From Podarcis melisellensis (Eukaryota), in the NCBI GenBank assembly GCA_964234715.1, contig OZ174291.1: 64,000 nt of DNA; one strand, written 5' to 3'. The position numbers and the translations under genes are program-made. Shown one piece after another: positions 52,601-64,000 of this stretch (the stretch's first letter is position 1; each line of letters opens with the position of its first letter). The notes under the pieces were generated by a model. It was given only the letters and a program-made list of their open reading frames with translations. It did not search any database and was not told the origin of the DNA.

Positions 52601-53523
52601 TTATTGTTCCCCATTCTTTTCTCTCTCTCTCTCTCTCTTGTTGTTTTTCAGATTAAAATTTTACAATCACATATCCAACATAAAAACAAGATTCCAAAGT
52701 ATCTCCTGGGCTTCCCTCCTCCCCTTTGTGGGTTCTGTTGTTAATAATTTCCTCCTGCATCTTTTATAATAATCCAAATCTTTTACCTCTCCATTGTGTC
52801 CAAAATTCACCATTAAACTACAATATTTTAGCTGTTTGCAATGGTTTATAAGATAAAATATAACTTTCCCCCATTCTTTATTAAAATTTTGGTCTCCCCG
52901 ATTTCTGCTTCTTCTGGTCATTTTAGCCATTTCAGCATAATCCATCAAGTTAATCTGTCATTCTTCTCTGGTTGAGACTTCTTTCCATCTCTGGGCCAAT
53001 AACAATCAGGAAGACCAAAATTTTAATAAGGAATGGGGAAGATATTGCTCTCCATTCTAGGATGATGTGGCATCCAGCCGGGTGAGTTGGGAAAAGTTGG
53101 TAAATGGCAGCATTTAACTGGCTAGCCTAAGCAAATATCCTTAAAAAAAACGGGATCTGGTATTGGTTGGTCAGCAGCTATTAGCTTCCAAGCATAACTG
53201 GATCTTGGATCACAGGCTTAGAAGGGACCAAGGGAGTTATCCAAACAGACTACACCCCCCCCACAAACCTATAACAATATTTTTGTTGTTTTGATTATTA
53301 TTAGATCTCATAATTCTATTAAATATCAATTTAGAGCAGTACCACACAGGGATTTTTTTATGGGAGCTCCCATACACCCCCACCACTGACCATGCCAGCT
53401 GGGGGGTGATGGGAATTGTAGTCTATAAAGCATCAGGAGGGCAGCAAGCTAAGGAAGCCTGATTTGGAAGACGAAATGTCCAAAAGTGCTGAATCCAATG
53501 CTACAGATCCTCCCTTGTTCTTA

Positions 53524-53567
<44 letters not shown>

Positions 53568-55599
53568 CCCACTGTCTCATTATTCTGGGAAGATGAATGC
53601 ATCTGTTGCCATTTTTAGACATCCATCCATCTCAGCCAAGCTTTGAAGAATTCTCCTCAGGGGATGCAGTGGCAGGTCAGCTCCTGTTCACATTCATGTA
53701 ATACAGATGAGGGTCCTATGCTGATTGTGATTGGGGGTTGGGGGGGGAGAGGAGCTGCTTCCCATTGCTAATTTCCCCTTTCTCTTCCGGCTCCGGCCCT
53801 CTCGTTGGGCAGATGGCAAACGTGCCCTCCTGACCTTGCAAAACCTGACGACGCAGGCCTCGGGCCTTTACCGCTGCACAGCCTCCAACATGCTGGGCTC
53901 CACCTTCTGTGTCCTGGAGCTGCGTGTTCATGTCAGTGAGTATCACCAGTGTCTGGAAAGGATCTAAGCTGGTGCCCTCAGCTGCAGATCCAGAAGATCC
54001 ATATGGCATGGCTTCATTGTACCAAGGTGTCCATCTCTGAATGTGCCCAGGCTTTCCCGCCTGATGTACTTGCCTATATTAACTATTGTTGGTGTTGTTA
54101 TTATTACAATTTCTTACCTGCCCTTCAACCCGGGGTGGGTGACAACAATTTAAACACAATTCTTAAAAGCCATTTGGAATAGGTCCTAAAAATATGCATC
54201 CCAAGAGTTAGTTCTGCAGAGGTAAGTGGAGTTAAGATTGCAGACAGAGATATGCATCTTCAGGCTCCCAGTTCAAGCTCTGCTGCTGCTATCCAAAGGA
54301 CCCCATCTTTTTCCTGCAATAAGGTGAGGAAGTTCCACTCTCCCAGAGTTTAGGACCATTCCCAGTTACCTCTTCTGTACAACTGTTAACTCTGTCCTCC
54401 TTGAGATCTAGAAACCCTACTGGTTATTGCTAGGGGCAAGACAGCCGTCTTCAGCCAGCCTTCCCCAACATGGTTCCCCGTTAAATGCTCTTGACTACAA
54501 TTCCCATCAGCCAACAGGGATAACGGGACTGATGGGCGTTGTGAGTGGCCATTCTCTCATCCCGTTTCCTTTGCTGTGTTCCAGCCTCACATGGCACCAC
54601 CTCCCTCGCAGTGGGGATCAGCCTCATGCTCACGATGGGCCTGGTGCTCATGACGCTCTTTGCACTGGTGTTGTGGCTGCACCATCAGAGCGTGGAGAAG
54701 CAGAGAGAGCTGGAACAGGACAATGCACGGAAAAAGCACAGGTAAATCGATGCAAGGGCCAATGTGGAATGGCATGCTTCTTGCACTAGGATCACCGCAG
54801 ACCTCTGAATTGCAGCCAGGAAATACCTACCATTTGGGGTATTATACACAAACCCATACATTTAGAGCACTACAATACCACTTTAAACCATCAAGGCTCC
54901 CCCCCCAAAAAAATTCTGGGAGCTATAGTTTGGGTGCTGAGTGTTGTTAGGAGACACCCCTCCCATAACTGCATTTCTCAGAATTCCCCTCTGGGAATTG
55001 TAGCTTTTCAAACCCCCTCCACACCTTTCAAGTGCCTCTCCCCCAGAACTTCAGGCCTGCACCACTCGCCTCCAAGCTGATAATTCTCTCCGCTCCTTTT
55101 GAAGTGCCTCTCCCTGCATCTCGTCCTGCTCATTTTCTAAGCAGTCCTCTAGGTTCCAAGAACTATGGAATAGCCATTGCTCTTGCCATTCTTCAGACCA
55201 CCTGAATAAAGCTTGTGAAGCAGTTTTGGGGGAACCCCCTAGACTGAGCCCTAGTGTTTCAAATGTGGCTAACCTTGGCTGTTGCTCCACAGAACCGACA
55301 GCTTCACGTTGGGGCGGCTGATAGTTGTCAAGAGTCCTTCTGGAGCCAACCCTGCGGCCAGCCCCATCACCAAGCCCCTCTGGATCTTCACCAGCTCCAC
55401 TCCCAACACCACCTATGCCCATCGTGAATGGAGGCCTGAGCAGGGGAACCTCAGCCAGGCCACACTGCCAGGTGGCCCACGACAGCCCTGGGGGAGATGG
55501 AGGAGCAACAGCCTCTCTGAGGAGCAGGGGTCCTCATCCGGAAGCGAGGAAGGGAAACAGCCAGGTCCTTTCCCAAAACCCAGAGGATTCCTGGTCTAG
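46662..55599 (+). CDS. CTX-family V-C2 immunoglobulin adhesion protein (IGSF11/ESAM/CXADR/VSIG-like), 396 aa; exons 46662-46743, 49584-49744, 50812-51016, 52005-52160, 53813-53935, 54585-54741, 55293-55599
   Basis: Seven GT-AG exons splice in frame (1191 nt). Product has a signal peptide (WWILLGCLT), a V domain (LLPCSF...LNIIW...YTGRVGF...ATIILNDTRSSDSGRYQC.V.NPPD), a C2 domain with four Cys (PRC, FSC, YRC, TFC), a TM segment (LAVGISLMLTMGLVLMTLFALVLWL) and a Ser/Pro-rich tail ending GFLV*. Confidence 0.9.
47711..47975 (+). mobile_element. tRNA-derived SINE with CT-rich tail
   Basis: Head GTGTGGTGTAGTGGTTAAGAGC...GGTTCGCTTCTCCGCTCC and end GATAAAGCGGGATATCAAATCCAAACT followed by (CCT/CTT)n. 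Confidence 0.7.
51087..51460 (-). mobile_element. L2-clade LINE 3' end with (AAC)n tail
   Basis: Same family as 19683-20143. Confidence 0.8.
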
Positions 55600-56991
55600 G
55601 AACACCCACAACGGATGACCCTCTGCATGGATAAACTCCACCTGAGCAAGGGGACAGAACTTTAGGGGTGGGGATTGGAAATTGCCCTGGGGAGAGCCCT
55701 ACCCCAGATAATCTGACAAGTTTGGGGCTATGTGTGGATTCTGTGGTTTAATAACAATCATCACCAGACCTTGTGCTTTGAGTTGTTTTGACCATTTGGC
55801 TCACTGAAACAGCATCAGCTGGGTTGGTGCATCTGCAGAAGCGCTAGGTAATGGTTCTCCCATTTTATGCAAGCCAAATTATGCTGGGTGAGAATATAAT
55901 TAGTGTAAGACAAAACACACACACACACACAAGTACTACTTGTGCTCTGATCTCCAACAGTTTGGTGCAAGGGTTGTGTGAAATTTCCACGTCCTTAGCT
56001 AGTGTCCTGGAGTAGAGAATGGCTGTGTGGAAGGACACATGCTATGCATGTAGAAGAAACCAGAATCAATGTCTGGCCTCTCCAGCTAGGGCTGGGAAAT
56101 GTATTTGTTTACTGCATTTATATCACACCTTTTCCTAAGGAGCTTAAGGTGGTATACATGGCTCTCCCCCTCTCATTTGATCCCCACAAGAACCCTGTGA
56201 AGTAGGTTTGGTGAGACTTAAGGTGGCCCAGAAAGTTTCATGGGCAAGTGGGAATTTGAACCCTGGCCTCCCAAGGTTCTAAGCCAACACTCTAACCACT
56301 ATACCACACTGGTGTGTGGTGTTATAACAACAACAACATTGTTGCAACCACTTTGGTTCAGACCATGACCTAGTAGTGGGTCATACAACCAAGGGTTGTC
56401 TAGTTCAACCCCTTGCAATGCAGGAACCGCAGTTAAAGACAAGATTGCCATCCAACCACTGTTAAACTTCCAGGGTAGGAGAGTCCACCACCTTTTGAAG
56501 GACTTTGTTCCACTGTCAAACGGCTCTTTTTGTCAGAAAGTTCCTCCTGATATTTAGTCAGAATCATCTTTCTTGTCATTTGAATCAGTTGGTTTGGGTC
56601 CTGTCCTCAGTGGCAGCAGAACACAAACTTCCTCCATATTCCAATTGGTAGCCCTTCGGATGTTTGAAGATGGCTATCACATCACTTCTCAGTCTCATCT
56701 TCTGGCAAAACATCCCCAAACTCCCTTGACCATTCTTCACAAGGCTTGGTTACCTTGATTAGTTTGGTCACCCTCTTCCGCAAATGCGCCGACTTGCCAA
56801 TGTCCTTCTCCAATATCCCAACCCACCAGTTCAAGGCCAGTGCTCTAGGCAGGAGATCTTCCCAGCTGCTTCATCGGTACTGCCCCATATTTTGGCAGGA
56901 CCAAACTCAATGTCCTCTCCACCGCTGCAAGAGGAGACTTGACACTCATCCGCAAGCCAGAACACAGAACAACCCCCTGCTTTTCCATTAC

Positions 56992-56997
56992 TTTATT
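56992..56997 (-). promoter_or_regulatory. Candidate USF1 polyadenylation signal
   Basis: AATAAA on the minus strand about 0.94 kb after the USF1 stop codon, following a U-rich tract. Confidence 0.55.
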
Positions 56998-57933
56998 TTT
57001 TTAATCCAGAGACTTTTTTAAAAAAAACAAAACGGGGAGGGGAAAAAAAAAGAGGAGCATCACCCCAACCAGTTGTCCAATCACCTGAGACGGGAGGACA
57101 GCTACTGCTGCTCTCGGCCCACACTCACCTCCTTGGCAAACGGCTTCCATGGCAAGAAAGCAATGTTAAACCACCTTCCAGGTGCGGAGCAAAGAAAGGG
57201 GGAAGCTGTGGCAGGCTTGTCTTCACTGCAAGCCCAGAGTCTTGGGAGGGTTTTGAGGGCCACATCAGACCTGCAGCTGTTTGAGTGGAAGCCCAGAGGC
57301 AGAACTAGGTGGCCAGCCTTGAAGGGGAGGCGCGTGTGAGGCTGTCACTGCGGTGTAAAGGGTTCCTCCTACCGGCTGGTTTGGGCCGGAGAGCCACAAA
57401 GTAGGGTTGGGGGAGAGGAAGACTCTCAGCTCTCCACGCTCACAAAGAGTAAGGTGCCCGGAGATGGGCAGTGCTGTGGAGGCAGGGCCTATAGGCGGCG
57501 CGAGGGAGAAAGGGGGGACGTGCAACATGTCTACATAATATCGCATGCACGGACACAGCGGGAGGTGTGTCGAGCGCACAGGTGAGAGGTGCTGTTCAAA
57601 GGGAGGAGAGAAAGAAAGAGAGAAAAGGTCACGGCCCTGGAACTGATTAGGGTCGTATCAAGACAGAGGACTGTGTCGAGAGGCAGCGTCTAAGCTCAAG
57701 GGGGCAAGCCAGGTCCCGGGCCATGTGGACGAGCACTGGGCAGAGGCAAGTGTCCTGAGCTGAGCCCAGCCCAGCTCCCTAGCCCGGGAGCAACAGCGCT
57801 GCTCACTGGGTCTGTACAACAAGGACGGGGGCCTGGCGTGGAAGCACCGGCGAGGCACAGGACCCCCGTCGGCTGCTGTGCCGGAGGAGGAGGAGGAAGA
57901 GGGCGAGGAGGGCCCTTGGTCAGTGGTGGCTCA

Positions 57934-60900
57934 TCAGTGGCTGTCCTTGATGATGACCTCCACGCCGTGCTGCCGCAGCTGCGCTCGCAAGATCAGGTTC
58001 TTGTTTTTCAGGTCTTCAACCTGCAGAGGGAGAAAGGAAGCAGGGAAGGGCCTCAGCTCTGTGGCAGAGCGCCTGCCTTGCATGCAGAGGTTCCCAGGTT
58101 CAATTTGAAATCATTTTTAAAAAAAGCATTTTTATTTGGTTTTACATATACAAAGTTATAAAAATCCAAATATATGTCCATATACAGAGATTCCTCCGAA
58201 TTTCGGGACTTCCCCCCACCCTCTCCATGGGGTCCCATTTTGAATATTTAAAACTGCATATTCTTCCATATCAATCCATATTATCCATGGTAATTGTTAT
58301 ACTGCAAGTGAAATCAAAATCCTGCCAATGTTTCTATCTGCTTACAGTGGTCTCCTAAGTAGCTTATAAATTTTTCCCATTCTTTTATAGAGTTTTTGTC
58401 CTCTTAGTTTCTGAGTTTTCCCGTCAGTTTTGCCATTACGGCATAGTCCATCAGCTTGGTTTGCCATTCCTCTCCAGGTTCAATTTGCAGGCAGGGCTGG
58501 GAATATCCTCTGCCTCAAACGCCTGAGAGCTGCTGTTGCCAATCAGTGTAGGCAAAACTGAGCTAGATGGACCAATGATTTGCCTCAGTATATGGCAGCT
58601 TCCTATGTCCCTAGATGCTAAGGGAATGGCTGCAGCTCAGTGGAGAGCATCTGCTCTGCATTGAGAAGGACCCAAGTTCAATGCCCAGCAGCATCTCCAG
58701 GGAGAGACGCCTGCCAGAAATCGCTGCCAGTCAGTGTAGACAATACTGAGCTAGAAAGACCAGTGGTTTCTCTCCGCACAAGGCAAATTCCTATATTCCT
58801 ACACATACATAAAGGTAAAGAGACCCCTGACCATTAGGTCCAGTCGTGGCCGACTCTGGGGTTACGGTGCTCATCTCGCTTTATTGGCCGAGGGAGCCGG
58901 TGTACAGCTTCCGGGTCATGTGGCCAGCATGACTAAGCCGCTTCTGGTGAACCAGAGCAGCACACGGAAACGCCGTTTACCTTCCCACCGGAGCAGTACC
59001 TATTTATCTACTTGCACTTTGATGTGTTTTCGAACTGCTAGGTTGGCAGGAGCAGGGACTGAGCAATGGGAGCTCACCCCATCGCGGGGATTTGAACTGC
59101 CAACCTTCAGATCGGCAAGTCCTAGGCTCTGTGGTTTAACCCACAGCACCACCCGCGTCCATACATACATATATATATACATATATACATACATACATAC
59201 TGCTGCAAGCAATAGGCAGACTCTACTGGAAGAGCCCCTGCCATGCCACTTCCATCCCCTTAAAGAGCTCCCCCACTACTTCTCCCCTTCTGGTAGAAAA
59301 ACATCCACACCCTGCCCTCCTTCTGGCCAGCCTTACCTGCTGCCGCAAGACCTCGTTGTCCATCTGTAGCTGGTCCAAGCCCTGCAGCTCCTCGGAGAGA
59401 CGAATGTTGCTCTGCCGCAGCTCCTGGATGTAGTCACAAGCTTTGGAGAGGATCCCTCCTTTGCTCTGCAGTGAAAGCGAGTGATTGAGCTGGGGGCCCA
59501 GGGGGGAGACTCCAGGGTAGTACCAGCCCCTGACACTTCAGGTGGGAACACGCGGCAGTTCATGGCTGCCTTCTCTCTTCAACCCCCTCCCCCTTCCACC
59601 CGTTCCAGTGTGCCATTTCCCTGGAGACTGGAAAACTGCCTCCTCCTGCCTAGAAATGTTAAAAGCAGGTGCTGCAACAAGTTAAAGGAGGTGTGTGAGA
59701 GGAAAGACTCCCCTGACAGTTTCCAGGGAACCAAACAATTCCTAGACCAGGTGAAGATGGAAGCACGGGACTCCTCCTGATGGGGGTGACAAGACAGATC
59801 CTGGGATCGTTTTTTTTAAAGATTCTATTCAAAAGCTCTTATGTTTTTAAAAGCTTTGAGTTGTGAACAATAGAAAAGCAACAGAATTAACAGAAAAAAT
59901 ACAACCCAAAACAAAGAAAGCAGCAACAGCAGCAAAGCTTGTAAAAAGGAATTTTAAAAGGCATTAAAGGGATTGAAACACACAAAACAGGGTCCAATCT
60001 TCTGGGGTCAGGGAAGGTCTGGGCAAACAGATCTGCTTTTACAAGGCATCCGAAGCAACTGATGGCTGCTGCTTCACCCAACAGCTCCTGTTTTGCACCT
60101 ATATGTTTTTTAATACATGCACATGCAAACAGACTGCTTGATATGGACACCACCATGGGTTACTAAATGTCAAAATAAACGATTTCCTTGATGTGCAGAG
60201 TAGAGTTCTGGATACAAGATTTTGAAGTTTGGTAGGTAGAATGTTTGAGAGGGTGCTGAGCTCAGGTCAGCTCCCTCAGCCAGAGCCCCTTCTGGCCTTT
60301 TTGATGCCTCAGTGATGTGCCCACCATTTTAAGATTACCCAGAAAGCCCTGGTGCAGTCAACATGGCATCATGCCAGGGCACTGTGGAAATGAGAATGGC
60401 AAGCAGCTTCACAGATGCAGCAGCTGACACTGAGTGGGGCTGAAGTCAAGGGCTGGCACCCTGCTGGGGCCTTTCTGTAACCGGGCCCAGACTGTCTCTG
60501 CTCCTACGGAAGGCCAGTTCAAGCCCCCTTACCTGCCCAGACTTGGTGTTCTCCATGGAACAGTCAGGGATAATCTTAGACAGCTGCACAATCCAGTTGT
60601 TGATCTTGTCCCTGCGCCTGCGCTCCACTGGAAGAGATGGAAATATAAACATCATAAACATAGCTTGCTGGATGAGGCCAAGGGTCCACCTAAGAATTCA
60701 AACAAAACAATAATTGAGCATGAGGTGGAAGAACGACTGGCATACTAGAATGGTGGGATGTGGACCAATCTCCTTCAAGATGCTGAACAGATTGCAGTGC
60801 TGCAGTACGCCCTGCAATAAGATCCTCCTACAGAGGGTTGCAAGGCAGTCAGCACTCCAAGCAACCTGTCCTCATGGAACAGTGTGGCTAAATTCAAGGA

Positions 60901-61949
60901 TCACATTCGTTAGCAAAACAGTTCCCACTCACCTTCATTGTGCTGCGCCCGACGTTTCTCATCTCGGGTCGTTCGTGGAGCTTCAGACTTCCTGAGGGAG
61001 TCAAAAACACACAGTTTGGCCCTGGGTTTCCCATTCAGATTTCCAGAGACAGGAGGAGGCCCTCAGCAGCCCCCCTTCCAGGCTGGGAAGCCATCGGACA
61101 CTCAAGGAAACTGTGCCCCACCCCCGAATACAAGAGAAACTTTAGAGACTGGCATGCGACGGAAGGAGAGCACTCACGGTGAGTAAGGGTGTGTCCTGGG
61201 TGCGATGGACCTCTGTGTCCCACTTTGCAGAACCTCCTGTGGCGACATCATGACAAAAAACTGCCCTGTGCAATTCAAAACAAGACAGAGTTGTAGAGAA
61301 GAGCAGCACAGCTCTGAAGGAACTGCCATGAAACCAAACAGGTGGCCAAGCTGCCCTAGTTCTAAAGGGGGGGAGAAGCAGTGGTGGTGAGGATATGAAA
61401 ATGACTGGGTTGCACCTTCACATCTGAAACTGGGTTTCCCTAATCTGTAGGAATGGGAGCTTGTTTCCCGAAATCTGTGTCCAACCTGCATAACCTAGAC
61501 TCCTAACTTCACCACTCGTGCTCTGCGACAACCGTTTTAGATGCGCGACATCGTTCCAATTCATTTGAACAACCTGAGATGGCCAAAATGGCTCCATCTT
61601 GACATGGAAAATCTGTAGCGAGCCCAGAGGTGGGAACAACTCCATTTCCCAGGGGAAGGAGCTAAGTAAGTTGAACTTGCCAGAAGGCTCCTGGGGAGGG
61701 GAGGGGAGGGGAGGCTCTAGTTGTCTTGCAGTTAGCCCAAGCCAACTGACCTGTGCCAGTTGGCGTCGCTTGCCCAAGAAGGGCATCTGAGTTCTGGGTC
61801 GTCACCACGGCTGTGGCTGTGGTCCCTGCCCCGGCAGACGTGCTGGTGTCAGCCACTGCAGTGGCAGGGTAGTACGTGTAGTGCGTCTCCGTAGTGGCAG
61901 CTTCTGTCTCGACGGCATCTTCGCTGGTGAATGCGCCCTGGATGACAGC
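57934..61949 (-). CDS. USF1: Upstream stimulatory factor 1 (bHLH-LZ), 3' partial; exons 61949-61751, 61265-61178, 60991-60933, 60627-60533, 59465-59337, 58020-57934
   Basis: In-frame splicing gives AVIQGAFTSEDAVETE...|GQFFVMMSPQEVLQSGTQRSIAPRTHPYSP|KSEAPRTTRDEKRRAQHNE|VERRRRDKINNWIVQLSKIIPDCSMENTKSGQ|SKGGILSKACDYIQELRQSN...|VEDLKNKNLILRAQLRQHGVEVIIKDSH*. The first exons are beyond the right edge. Confidence 0.97.
58108..58473 (-). mobile_element. 5'-truncated L1-like insertion inside a SINE
   Basis: Flanked by the 14-bp direct repeat CCAGGTTCAATTTG (58094-58107 and 58474-58487). Similar to 24079-24495. Confidence 0.75.
58811..59160 (-). mobile_element. Sauria SINE (near full length)
   Basis: Minus-strand head GGACGCGGGTGGTGCTGTGGGTTAAACCACAGAGCCTAGG, the conserved core and an ACCTTT tail. 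Confidence 0.88.
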
Positions 61950-62274
61950 CTGGGAGGAGGAGAAGAGAGGAGTCTCCTTCAGATACATCTACCTCAACAA
62001 ATACTTGGGCAGGTACCCATCTCAGGCAGAGACAGACAATGGTGTTATTCTCTCAGGATGCTCCTCCCTTGAGATGCTCTTCCTACACTGCTTTTGTTTT
62101 GAAGCCCAAGGCACAAGTGCAAAATCGGCACAGGAAGGTTCAGAACCTTCAGTCTAGCACAGTGGTTCCCAAACCTTCTCAGGCAACCGCCTCCTTTGTT
62201 CCATAAACTCGTCCCTAGTCTCACTCTACCGTACTCTATAAAAGCATCATTCAAAACAGTTGCGATTACTTGTA

Positions 62275-64000
62275 CAGTGGTGCCCCGCTAGACGAATGCC
62301 TCGCAAGACGAAAAACCCGCAAGACGAAAGGGTTTTTCGGTTTTTGCGACGCTTCGCTAGACGATTTTCCCTATGGGTTTGCATCGCAAGACGAAAGCCC
62401 ATAGGGAAATCTCGGGGACCTTTTTTTAAATGCTGGCAGTGGGGAGCAAAGCCTTCCCCCCCCTCCGGACTTCAGAAGAGGTCCAGGAAGGCCGGCGGGG
62501 GCGAAAGGCTTTGCTCCCCACCGCCAGCATTTTAAAAGCGGTCCGGGATAGCAGGGAAGCGCTTCCCGCTATCCCGGACGGCTTTTGAAGGCAGGCAGGG
62601 GGGGCAAAGACTTTTGCCCCCCCTGCCTGCCTAACCGGGGGCTTTTAAATCGCCCCGGGACTGTCCGGGGCGATTTAAAAGCCCCCGGACGGCTTTTGAA
62701 GCCTCCCCCCCGCCCGGCTTCGGGGCATCATCCCGATGCCGGGCGGTGGGGCAGGAACGCCTCCCCCAGCCGCCCGGCTTCGGGGCATCGTCCCGATGCC
62801 GGGCGGTGGGGCAGGAAAGCCTCCCCCAGCCGCCCGGCATCGGAACGATGTCCCGAAGCCGGGCGGCCGGGCGGGAAAGCCTCCCCCCCCGCCCGGCTTC
62901 GGGGCATCGTCCCGATGCCGGGCGGTGGGGCAGGAACGCCTCCCCCAGCCGCCCGGCATCGGAACGATGTCCCGAAGCCGGGCGGCCGGGCGGGAAAGCC
63001 TCCCCCCCCCGCCCGGCTTCGGGGCATCATCCCGATGCCGGGCGGTGGGGCAGGAACGCCTCCCCCAGCCGCCCGGCTTCGGGGCATCGTCCCGATGCCG
63101 GGCGGTGGGGCAGGAAAGCCTCCCCCAGCCGCCCGGCATCGGAACGATGTCCCGAAGCCGGGCGGCCGGGCGGGAAAGCCTCCCCCCCCCGCCCGGCTTC
63201 GGGGCATCGTCCCGATGCCGGGCGGTGGGGCAGGAACGCCTCCCCCAGCCGCCCGGCTTCGGGGCATCGTCCCGATGCCGGGCGGTGGGGCAGGAAAGCC
63301 TCCCCCAGCCGCCCGGCATCGGAACGATGTCCCGAAGCCGGGCGGCCGGGCGGGAAAGCCTCCCCCCCCCGCCCGGCTTCGGGGCATCGTCCCGATGCCG
63401 GGCGGTGGGGCAGGAACGCCTCCCCCAGCCGCCCGGCATCGGGGCATCGTCCCGATGCCGGGCGGTGGGGCAGGAAAGCCTCCCCCAGCCGCCCGGCATC
63501 GGAACGATGTCCCGAAGCCGGGCGGCCGGGCGGGAAAGCCTCCCCCCCCCGCCCGGCTTCGGGGCATTGTCCCGATGCCGGGCGGTGGGGCAGGAAAGCC
63601 TCCCCCAGCCGCCCGGCATCGGAACGATGTCCCGAAGCCGGGCGGCCGGGCGGGAAAGCCTCCCCCCCCGCCCGGCTTCGGGGCATCGTCCCGATGCCGG
63701 GCGGTGGGGCAGGAACGCCTCCCCCAGCCGCCCGGCTTCGGGGCATCGTCCCGATGCCGGGCGGTGGGGCAGGAAAGCCTCCCCCAGCCGCCCGGCATCG
63801 GAACGATGTCCCGAAGCCGGGCGGGAAAGCCTCCCCCCCCGCCCGGCTTCGGGGCATCGTCCCGATGCCGGGCGGTGGGGCAGGAAAGCCTCCCCCAGCC
63901 GCCCGGCATCGGGGCATCGTCCCGATGCCGGGCGGTGGGGCAGGAACGCCTCCCCCAGCCGCCCGGCATCGGGGCATCGTCCCGATGCCGGGCGGTGGGG
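62275..64000. mobile_element. Tc1/mariner-like non-autonomous element (left end) carrying hairpins and a minisatellite, apparently nested in a hAT-like MITE starting at ~62160
   Basis: TA|CAGTGGTGCCCCGCTAGACG start resembles the CAGTGGT MITEs, with subterminal CGC(A/T)AGACGA repeats. CAGTGGTTCCCAAACCTT at 62160 is a hAT-type end. The right end is not in the window. Confidence 0.55.
62702..64000. repeat. GC-rich ~60-bp minisatellite (about 22 units, truncated by the window edge) with higher-order ~180-bp structure
   Basis: Unit CCTCCCCCAGCCGCCCGGCTTCGGGGCATCGTCCCGATGCCGGGCGGTGGGGCAGGAAAG and two recurring variants. Confidence 0.97.

Noticed and set aside
62675-63977. Long 314-413 aa ORFs on the minus strand
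   Set aside because: They are translations of a stop-poor GC-rich tandem repeat, open in several frames, inside a USF1 intron.

Overview
Vertebrate (squamate, probably lacertid lizard) genomic DNA syntenic with the human ITLN-F11R-USF1 region. Spliced genes reconstructed from splice sites and reading phase: the 5' part of an intelectin (minus strand, 3 coding exons), an IRG/IRGC-like immunity-related GTPase with degenerate switch I and G3 motifs (minus), a complete 10-exon F11R/JAM-A (minus, 292 aa), a complete 7-exon CTX-family V-C2 Ig adhesion gene arranged head-to-head with F11R and ending in the same FLV PDZ motif (plus, 396 aa), and the last six coding exons of USF1 (minus). TSTD1, which lies between F11R and USF1 in human, was not seen. 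Non-coding highlights: a triple tandem CTCF-motif array with upstream modules that is convergent with a matching reverse site beyond the F11R promoter, a sense-oriented solo LTR just before the F11R transmembrane exon, a DIRS/Ngaro-like remnant, and a GC-rich palindromic ~60-bp minisatellite inside a transposon in a USF1 intron. The rest is dense in Sauria and tRNA-derived SINEs, L2/CR1/L1 fragments, hAT and Tc1/mariner-type MITEs and microsatellites. All family assignments come from reading the sequence, not from database searches.
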